Assembly: GCA_951406725.2 (NCBI GenBank)
Contig: OX597831.1
Coordinates: 1,178,001-1,242,000 of the forward strand
Direction: 5' to 3'
Length of the DNA stretch: 64,000 nucleotides
From: Octopus vulgaris
Lineage: Eukaryota
The translations under genes were made by a program, and so were the position numbers. Within the stretch, counting starts at the first letter, position 1, and each line of letters starts with the position of its first letter. Below the pieces are notes generated by a model that saw only the letters and a list, made by a program, of their open reading frames with translations, was not told the DNA's origin and did not search any database. Of this stretch, positions 54,216-64,000 are shown piece by piece.

Positions 54216-54456
54216 CATACATACATATATATATATAAATAAATAAAATACTTTATTTGTATATATAAATAGTATACATATATTACAGACTTGTGCATAC
54301 ACAATAAAGCACTGTAATTTATATTTCACAGTTTAACCATTTTAAAATGATAAACTATACATAAACAATAACTATCTATACATATAAAGGTATATGTGTG
54401 TGTGTATACATACAGAGATTCATATACAGATACAAATATATACATATACAGACACA

Positions 54457-54496
<40 letters not shown>

Positions 54497-54580
54497 TGTG
54501 TACACATGTATATACATAGAGCTATACACACACAAATATACATATATATATATATATATTTGTATACACATACATTTGTA
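53990..54580. repeat. Degenerate (TA)/(TACA) microsatellite field
   Basis: Read directly. Confidence 0.9.
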
Positions 54581-55544
54581 AGGTGCAAAATAAAAAATTA
54601 GGGGTAAACTTGTGAGCTAACACACACATACCTGTGTGTGTGTGTGTGTATTTATATAAGAGGGCCATATATTTTCATATGAATATTTCAGCAATTATTG
54701 ATTGATTCATGAGATCAATAAATCAATATCTATGCACAGTTGAGTGAGAGGGGTGTTATTTTATTAGATAACCAATCTGATGGGATATGTTTACACCTAG
54801 GCAGAGTGTTTAAAATTGTATGGAAGAATGTTTACAACATGCCTCACACTCCACTATCATCATCATCGTCATCATCATCATCAGCAGTAGCAGCAGCAGC
54901 ACCACTACCACCACCACCACACTTCACCACTGTTATCATCAACGTTATCAAGATCATCCTCATTGACAACAGCAGCACTAACAACACACTTTACCATCAT
55001 TAGCATCATCTACATACTTCACTGTCAACAAAATCATCATCATCATCGTCATCTTCATCATCATCACCACCACCATCACCACTACCAACATCAACATGTT
55101 CCATAATTTTGTATTGGAGGAGCAAAGAAGCATTTGTATGGTCACTTAACTCCCCTGATTCAATAAAGAAGCCTCAATGACTTCACAGTAAGCATCTTTC
55201 AGTTTCTGTCAACCAAATCCACTCACAAGACTTTTGTCATCCTGGGACTATAGTCGAAGACACTTGTTCAAGGTGCCTCACAATGGAACTGAACCCTAAA
55301 TCATGTCAATGGGAAGCAAACTTCTTACCATATGGCCATATGTTTATGTCCCACAGCCCAGTAGTTTGACATGTGACAACTAATGGACTAGTATAACTTA
55401 GTTGTAAACAATTAGGAAGGGCACACCTGGCTATAGAGTTACTGTCCTGAGTAGTCTTGTCCCTCTCATGCAAGCACAGAAAAAGTGAATGTAAACATGG
55501 TGATGATAATAATGATGAATATAATTACATAAAAAAACGAAGAA

Positions 55545-56132
55545 TTAATCCTTTTGATACCAAAGTGCCTAAGACTACTTCTGTTTGTATGGTACAAAAA
55601 CCCTGGTTTTAAAGTGTTTATTGAAATACTTTCAGAAACAGTTTATGCAAGAACCGTTTAGTGAGTTATCTTCCAAACTTCAGCTTTTCTATTGTAAAAA
55701 TTTAATTAATAATTTTACTAAATCCTTACAAATTCTTCTATTGTTCTATTTCGCAAGAGTCATATCAATAAAGTGAGTGTTTATAAAGCACAATCAATGG
55801 TTGTTGTTTGTCAATGTTTCTTTTTTTATTTTATTCGTTTTTCAAAGTATTATAGCCAGTATGGTGTGGTGAAAAATATTTTGGGGGATAGATATAGATG
55901 AACGACAAATTCTTTGTAAAAAAAAAATGTGGCAGGGAAAAATATATAGGCAAACAACTGGCGAGTGTGTTTATAGGTTTATTAGAAGAATTCTTTGGAA
56001 ATATAACAATATTTGTTTCAACAGAATTTCAGAACAAAATTCTGGTAAAATAAATTCAAAATACAAATTATTCATTATTTCAAAATTAATTAAAACACAT
56101 AAGGCAGTATATTATGGTTACAAAAGAGTTAA
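55545..56132. mobile_element. Longer TTAA-flanked non-autonomous element related to M2
   Basis: ttaatccttttgatacc ... ggttacaaaagagttaa. Confidence 0.55.
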
Positions 56133-57786
56133 TTCACATCAAGAATATCATCGACCACCTCCACTTCATCATCATCATAAAATTTTTCCATTATAAATGT
56201 TGCTGCTGTTGCTGATGAGGATAATCAGCATCAGCATTGATAATGAAAAAGTTTTATGATGATGATGAAGTGGAGGGAGTAATGATCATCATCATCATCA
56301 TCATCATTACCATTATTATTTTTACCATTAGAATCATCAGCATTGATTCTACATCACCATTAAATTGCATGTTAACAAAGGTGAGACGGTCCATACTTTT
56401 GCTTCCCACCAGGTATCTCTATGGAAAGACCATACGTGACTCATCTTCAATTACCTGAAAGGTAACACACCTATATGAATTCAAAAGGTACCTGTTGGTT
56501 TCCCAGGTGCATATCTACACCCACACCAACACACATGCACACAGATCATGACTCATACTTCATGAGCTACAAGTTGTAATCCATTATTAATTAGCAGATA
56601 CCTTGTACACCCAAAATGTCCACTCTCCACATATGTATATCTATGTATGACTCATACACACATACATCATCTCTTGCAACCATGATTTCATTGTTACCAA
56701 GCATGCACACACATGCATACACTCACATACATGCACTTTGGCTCGCACTCACATACACACACACTCCATGTATCCAGCCTGTAAGTTCCCACCAACAGTC
56801 CCTTATTAATGACAAGGGGACAGAAAGGTGAGCAGTTAAAGTTACCAAGGCAACATCTCTTCAACCAGCTTTTATTGATCCAATAATATCATATACATAA
56901 TTTACTACAACATCCACTAACCTCCACCACCCACAAGCACCATGAGCATTACCACCATTCAGCACCCCATTACCACCACCACCGCTGCCGCCGCCACCAC
57001 CACCACCACCATTTTTGCCCAGCTGTTTGTTTCTTTATTGCTTCCTTTGTTGCAGTGAAAATGCAATGCAATAGATGCATTGTGCAATGTGCATTGTACA
57101 GATTCATCTATATATATATATGTATATATATATATGAAACAAACGAAGCAATGTCTAGTGAATCATTTTTTCGATATTGACAAATTCTGAAAGCATACAA
57201 GGGAGCGCTTAAATGGTTGTTCACCCCACTAAAAATAGGAGCTAAATCTCTCTCAGATTTCATCTCATTGTCTTCAAAGATGAAGACTTTGCACAAAATA
57301 GTTCTAAAAAACACTGTCTGAAAAAGACAATTGGGAAATGTTCATGATAGAAACATCTCTGGTTGTAAGCTGTTACTTGATAAGCAACAATAATGAACTA
57401 ACTTGGGAATATCTGCACTCTTGCATAACTTCCTAGAAATAGTAGAATGCAGACAATGCATGTCCTCAATCAGAATAAAAATACATAGGAAGCCTGTTCA
57501 ATCAAACCGGAGAACAAACCCCTAGAAGACAGCAGTAAATCACTTTGCTTAAAAACCAATGTTATTCACAAGTTAACCTGTAAATACAGAAAAATATATA
57601 TTAGATGAACCAAACAAGAACTGCTTGTTAGAATGACAGAACAACACTTTTTTAAAAATCATACCACCTATTTCAGTATGTATTTCTGTATGTATGTATG
57701 TATGCATGCATGCATGCATACATACATACATATATATATGTATATATATACATACATACATATGTATGTATACATACATATATATG

Positions 57787-58721
57787 TTGGGTTGGCAACT
57801 AAGTTCCCGCTGTTTTTTTAAATTCTGGAATTTATTGCCTTTTTAAATTTTGAAAGCTATTTTTTTCGAGAATTCTATTTTTGAATCATTTTAGAATCTA
57901 TTTTGGTTTTTTTTTCTAGTTAATTTTAGTTAATTTATGTTTGTTTTCAGATCATCAAAATGGAATGTCAAGTTAAGAAAAATGAACATCTTCGACACCT
58001 TTGCTTTTAATCAAGGTTCTAAGGCCACAAAAGCTGCTTGCGACATTTGTGCTATGTATGGAGAGGGTGCCATAGCTGAAAGAACCACTTGTGATTGGTA
58101 TGCCAAGTTCTAAATGGAAAGTTTAGCTTCCAAGATGCACCTCATTCTGGTCGTCCAGTTGAGTTCGATGAAGAGCAATTAAACCAACTTTTGCACGAAA
58201 ATTCTTCTTAAGTGACAAGGGAACTGGCAGAGAAAATAGAATGCTCCCACACTGCTATAAAAAAGCATCTTCACTTGATGGGAAAGGTTTAGAAGTATGG
58301 AGAATGGGTTCCGCATGCTTTAAGTGACAACAACAATAATCAACGAGCTACAATCTCCGCTGGTCTGCTTGCTTGTCACCACTCAGCTCATGGACAAAAG
58401 CAACGATTTCTTTACCGAATCATTACTGGCAGTGAAAAATGATGCCTGTACATTAATATGAAGCAGTGTAAGGAATGGCTTAGCCGCAGTAAACAAGTGA
58501 CACCGCATGTGAAACAAGATCTTCATCCACATAAAACAATGTTGTGCGTATGGTGGGAGTGGGAAGTGATTATCCATTATGAATTGCTTGAACGGAACCA
58601 AACAGTCAATGCGGAACTCTAAGTTCAACAGATGGAACGATTCAACACGGCTTTTCATGAGAAAAGACCTAATTGGCAGCATGGAGTTTTTCTGCTGCAT
58701 GACAACGCCTGCCCTCATATC
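57787..58721 (+). mobile_element. Mariner transposon with pseudogenised transposase, 3'-truncated
   Basis: 5' TIR ttgggttggcaactaagt; ATG at 57960 (MECQVKKNEHLRH...); WVPHAL at 58305-58322, RIITGSEK*, MLCVWW and LLHDNACPHI. Multiple stops and frameshifts; no YSPDL or right TIR. Confidence 0.95.
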
Positions 58722-58727
58722 TAACAG

Positions 58728-58862
58728 AAGGAAGCTGCAAAACAGGAAGACTAAAGATGGTACGGAAAAAAGTGGTCAGGATGCTGAAACTCAGGAAGAA
58801 GATAATGGGGAGCCTCAAAAAAGTGATGATGTAGAAGACCCATCTAAGTATAAAAAAAAAAG
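58728..58862 (+). other. Exon-like 135-nt K/E/D-rich segment abutting the mariner breakpoint
   Basis: ctaacAG|aagg...aaag|GTAAAT; open frame RKLQNRKTKDGTEKSGQDAETQEEDNGEPQKSDDVEDPSKYKKK. Confidence 0.3.
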
Positions 58863-59273
58863 GTAAATATAAAATGATAAATGATGATTAAAATGGATAC
58901 AATGAAATATGTATAATTTGTAATGTAAGATACACCTTTTCTAATGAACATACAGTTTTAGCTTGTATATCAAGTGTAAATAAGCACAATATAATTTAAG
59001 CTCTCCATAGGCAGAAAAACTTTCATCACAAAAAAAAAGAGAAACATTTTCAGTTCAAAGCTAATAGCTATTTACAGTGTACATGATCTCAGTCACAACT
59101 AAACAGGTCTGTCTAATTTGCATAATAGTGCATGCATTGGATATATGGATAAATAAGCAACTAACAATGCCTCACAATGCACACATTGAAATCAAAACCT
59201 GCAATGTAACTATTTAAATTTGTATGTTTATCAAGAAAGATAAATCTTACACTATATTCAAAGAGTACGTGTG

Positions 59274-59317
<44 letters not shown>

Positions 59318-59511
59318 ATGTATGTATGTATTCTTTTATTCTTTTACTTGTTTCAGTCATTTGACTGTGGCCATACTGGAGCACCACCTCAATCAAACAA
59401 ATCGACCCCAGGACTTATTCTTTGTAAGCTTAGTATTTATTTTATTGATCTCTTCTGCTGAACCACTTCATATATATCTATACATACATACATATATATA
59501 TACATACATAC

Positions 59512-59572
<61 letters not shown>

Positions 59573-59575
<3 letters not shown>

Positions 59576-59803
59576 TAGTCCCTCACCATATCATGGTTCA
59601 CCTATTACGCACTCAGTACATAGCAGTTCCCCTATCACATACTCAGTACATCGCTAATTTTTCTGGCTAATATATGTAAATTTATATTGTCAACTCCTCA
59701 GTATATCTGGGGTTTCTGTGGCCAATAGGTATTTATACTTTTTTAGATTTGAATTATTTCTGAGGGAGGTTTTGGAACATAACACCTGTGATAGTCAAGG
59801 GAT

Positions 59804-59810
<7 letters not shown>
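59573..59810. mobile_element. Tigger-like MITE
   Basis: TA-cagtagtccctc...tatc at the left end and gatagtcaagggattact at the right; internal ~33-bp duplication. Confidence 0.7.
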
Positions 59811-59867
<57 letters not shown>

Positions 59868-60970
59868 GAATGAATTAAATGCAAACATGCATTAGCAAAT
59901 AAGAACAAAGAGTAATATAATGAAAGATAGGTTTGCTTATACATTTATGTGTGTGTGTAAGAATGCATGTATATGTGCACAGAAAAGGTGGGCAGTGCTT
60001 TAAAAGTCCTCATTAATAAATCATTATTGAATAGTATTTACTATTATCATTATATTATTAATATCACATTTGTGAATGTATTAATAATATATAGTAATAA
60101 TGATGAAAAAATCTCCCATCTATTTGTTTCTAATTATCTAAGTGAATAAACTTGCAGGCAGACAATTTAGCATTGTAGCATAACTGAAGGAAGTAACTGC
60201 CACTGGCAATGTTCCACACATAGCAAACTGGGAAATTGGTGAACAGATAGAAGTATATAAGGTAATGATATAATTGGATGGTCACCAAGGGAAGTAGGTT
60301 CAATTTTTACTTAATCCTCAAGCCAAATTCATGTCATTAATCTGTTTGAGTTGTTCCTCTTAACACATTTTCCTCTTCCTAATATATACGTCAGTATGTA
60401 TGTGTGTCTGCATATGTGCTTTAAACAGTACAGTATGTTACTTACACCACCATTACTGCACAGTTTCACCATTGTTTATTATTCAAATCATATGCACTTG
60501 ACTATCCGTGTGTGTACATCATGATCTTTAAAAATTGTGTCCCAAACATATTGATACTGTTGAACACATAAATATCCACTTTGTAACAGTACTGAGTCGA
60601 TTGTATTTTTTCTGTTATCATATATTAATAAATATCACAGTGATACAATGTATGCATATAGTAACCATGAAGATCCTCTATAAAGACCTGCAATGTGCAC
60701 CTCTCTCCACTTCTCATAGTTCAATCCTCTTGTCCCCTAGCATGAAGCTGACAGCCCCCACCAGGATTTGTAGTTCTGTGAGCTGCATTGCAAACTCAAT
60801 AGTGGTGCTGGAAAAAAAAATGTACCTTACCCATGGTGTAAAGTGGTTGGTATTAAGAAGGGCATCTAACCATAGAAATTGTGCCAAAACAGACGCTGGA
60901 GCACGACACAGTCCTTGGATACATATCAGATTCTGTCAAGCCATTCAACCCATACCAACCAGGAACATGG

Positions 60971-61005
<35 letters not shown>

Positions 61006-61589
61006 TTTATACTTGCACATACTTGCACAAATATACACAGACCATTAATACCCACATACATATATATTACATTACATATACTATATATCCACATCTAGTC
61101 AGGTCTGCAACTGAATAGTGCTTAATTGTCAGAAAGTTTGTTTTCATTCAGAGTTGGCATCATATACACATTCAAACCTTATATATGTGTGGGTGTAGCC
61201 TTGGTTAAAAATGTAGAATTTGGAGGTTCTCTTGAGATCAGCCAAAATCACATGAGTGGAGTTGTTTGCAATATTCAACCACATACAGATGTAAACTTAT
61301 CTATGTGTATGTATTCACACCTATACAAACTTATATACATAAACATATTTATAGGCATAGGTACAATAACAAATAAATATTTGTGTATGTGTGGTTGAGT
61401 GCCAGAAGTGACAGAGCACTGCAGTATTTAAGTTACATTATCCTATGTTTTTATTTAACCAAAGGTTACATTACCATTCCTACTGAAATGAAAAAGTACC
61501 TAGAGAGTTAAATTGAATATTCTATACTCATTACTCAAAATGGGTGTGACCTTGTGTTAAAATTACAGCAAAATAATTAAAACATAAAA

Positions 61590-62727
61590 ATAAAATGCCT
61601 CACAGTATTCATTCCAACTATTTACACACTAAGTTCAAATCTACCACGGTCAACTTCACCTTTTACCCTTCTGAGGCCAATAAAATAACCAGCGCAGTGC
61701 TGTGGTTGATTTAAATTAACAAACCCATTCCTCAAATTTCTTGCTTGGTAGGTACTGTTCTGGTTCTTTACTTTCTGAATTCAAATCACCTTCAACTTTG
61801 CTTATCATCCTTTCAGGGATGATAAAATAAAATACCAATCAAGTACTGGGGTTCATGGCATCAATTAACACCTTTTCTTCAAAACTACTGGTCTTGTCTC
61901 TAAATTATAAACAATCATTATTGTTGTTGAAGGGAGTAGATTGGAAAAATAGTGTTGTTGGTGGAGAAGAGTGGATTGGTAAAGCATCCGATGAAATGCC
62001 ATGCAGTAATTAGTTATGTCCCTTTTAATTCTGAGTTCAAATCGTGCTGAGGTGAATTTTCCTATTCATCTTTCCAAAGTTGAAAAAATATAGTGTCAGT
62101 AGTAGACTCTAATTCATTTAACCCTTTTGTTACCATATTTCTGTTGAGATGCTCTGTGTTTCTTTCAATTAATTTTAAATATAACAAAGAATTTAATAAA
62201 ATAACTTAGTAACCATTAAGCTACTGTTAGGAACATAAATTGTGACTAAGGTTTGGCGAAAGATTTTAATTTAGAGCTTTTGAAAACAAGACATTTGTAC
62301 TAGAGCCAGAAGCGGTTTCAGGCAGGCTGGTATCAAAAGGGTTAATTAACTGCACTTCCTCCAAAATTTGTGAATGTATGTCAATATTAGAAGGGTAGTG
62401 GTAGTGGGTGGTGAACTGGCAGAATCATTAGCACACTGGGCAAAATGTTCAGTGGCATTTTGTCCATCTTGATATTCTGAGTTCAAATTCTATTGAGGTC
62501 AACTTTGCCTTCCATCCTTTCAGGATTGATAAAATAAGTACCAGTTAAGCACCGGGATTGATGTAATCAATGTACCCCTCCCCTCGAAATGACTGGCCTT
62601 GTACCAAAATTTGAAACCAGAAGGCAAAGTCAACCTTGGCATAATTTGAACTCAGAATGTGAAGACAGATGAAATGCCACTAAGCATTTTACCCAGTGTG
62701 CTAACAGTTCTGCCAGCTTGTCACCTT
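61590..62727 (+). mobile_element. Cluster of SINE B copies; the last partial copy is inverted (62621-62727)
   Basis: Repeated gagttcaaat...caactttgcctt.catcc cores, then their reverse complement gaaggcaaagtcaacc...ttctgccagc. Confidence 0.8.
62118..62345. mobile_element. MITE M2 inserted into a SINE B copy
   Basis: TTAA-cccttttgttacc ... ggtatcaaaaggg-TTAA; opposite orientation to the 36573 copy. Confidence 0.85.
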
Positions 62728-64000
62728 TCATTGTTAGAAATCAATATCGATAAAATACATGTCCAATAATGGAGCTGATGTAATCCACATACACTTCTCC
62801 ACAAACTTGTGGTCAAAAACCATCATGATCATCATTATTAATATTATCAAATATTTAATAATCAACTGCTTTAATATGAAGAAGTAAATCAATAGCTAGT
62901 TAAAGCTTTCATGTTCAGTGATCTCCAGCAACTGATAAAGTCTTCTTGACTTCAATAAGACAGTGATGGAAGATGTGATATCTTGGTTTCTTCTTAAAAT
63001 ATTAAGGCTATATATAAAATGAGTAAGCAACAACTGGGAATTGAAACCAGGTTGTATATATTTTGTTTTACCTGGAAGCTTTGTCTTATATTAATCATGA
63101 TACATGCATACACATACATACATTTAGTGAGTGCATCATGTACACAACTCTGCATTTATAAAGGGTGGTGTGATGCTTCTACTGCAGCAGTAGCTAAGAA
63201 CAAAGCTTTTTCCACCTACTTGCAACCCTCTTATACACAGCTTACTGTCACTAGTTAGCCTCTATAGTGGACCAGGGAGAGAGCAAGTTAGCTTTTTCCC
63301 AACCAGTACACACACACACATAAAGGAATATTAGAGCATTTGTTTAATAGCTGCATACTCTGCAAGGATCAAACAGCCAAGAAAGCTAAAATTGCTGCAT
63401 TCTTTGAAACAAATAGAATAATGTATGTTGTGCCGAAGAGCATAAAACAACACCTCAAGCAAGATTTAAATCACCTCCATATTATTAAATCAGCCAGTTG
63501 TCCCATCACACAAACCTTTGAAAAAAATCTTTATGTTTCCATGCTTCTCTCAGAAAAAAAAAAAAAAATAATAATAAAAGATCAGATTTATTTTAGTGAT
63601 AGGTTATTTCTAGTTAGGTCAGATTCTGAAAAGCTTATTCAAGAGTGATGCCCAATGGCAGTTGAGACATTTAAGAAGCTATTCTACAGACCACATGGTA
63701 ATGATATCAAACCCCTTACTACTGCTGCTGCTGCTTTTGCTCCTCCTCCTACTACTACTACAACCACCACCGCTAACTACAACAACAACACTACTACCTC
63801 ACTACCATTGTGATGGTGATACCTCTAAGACAGACATAACTATACATGGGTTACTCTTCCTGGTTAAACTAATTCCCAGGTACTATTGCCAGTGCTATTT
63901 TACAGTAAAGTAATTAACAGTAGCAAGGGTCAGACATCTTGATTATTGGCATGGTGGGAGAAAGGGGCTAAAAAAAAAAATGCAATTACTTCAACAATAT

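Noticed and set aside
58383-58718. 111-aa minus-strand ORF
   Set aside because: Antisense shadow of the mariner transposase.

Overview
AT-rich eukaryotic DNA with no recognisable intact protein-coding gene. It is dense in (TA)n, (CA)n, (GA)n, (ATT)n and (CAT)n microsatellites and in decayed transposons. The repeat repertoire looks like octopus (coleoid cephalopod) genomic DNA; this is inferred from the SINE families, not checked by search. Nearly all supplied ORFs are microsatellite read-throughs or repeat fragments. Supported content: several tRNA-headed SINE families (one in head-to-tail arrays), RTE and Tx1/L1-type LINE 3' fragments, a dead mariner and a Tigger/pogo remnant, TA- and TTAA-flanked MITEs, and a Helitron-like 3' end. 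The most notable signal is about 11 minimal type-I hammerhead-ribozyme motifs (CUGANGA...GAAA...NUH; some intact, some decayed) on both strands. Their stems differ from one another, loop III is tiny and often palindromic, and most sit in short inserts beside (TA)n tracts, which points to Penelope-like or retrozyme-type elements. Also seen: a 3' tail shared between a SINE and the Tx1-type LINE, a patchwork locus of templated local copies, several fold-back structures, and a few low-confidence minus-strand exon candidates. Repeat boundaries were read by eye and are approximate.
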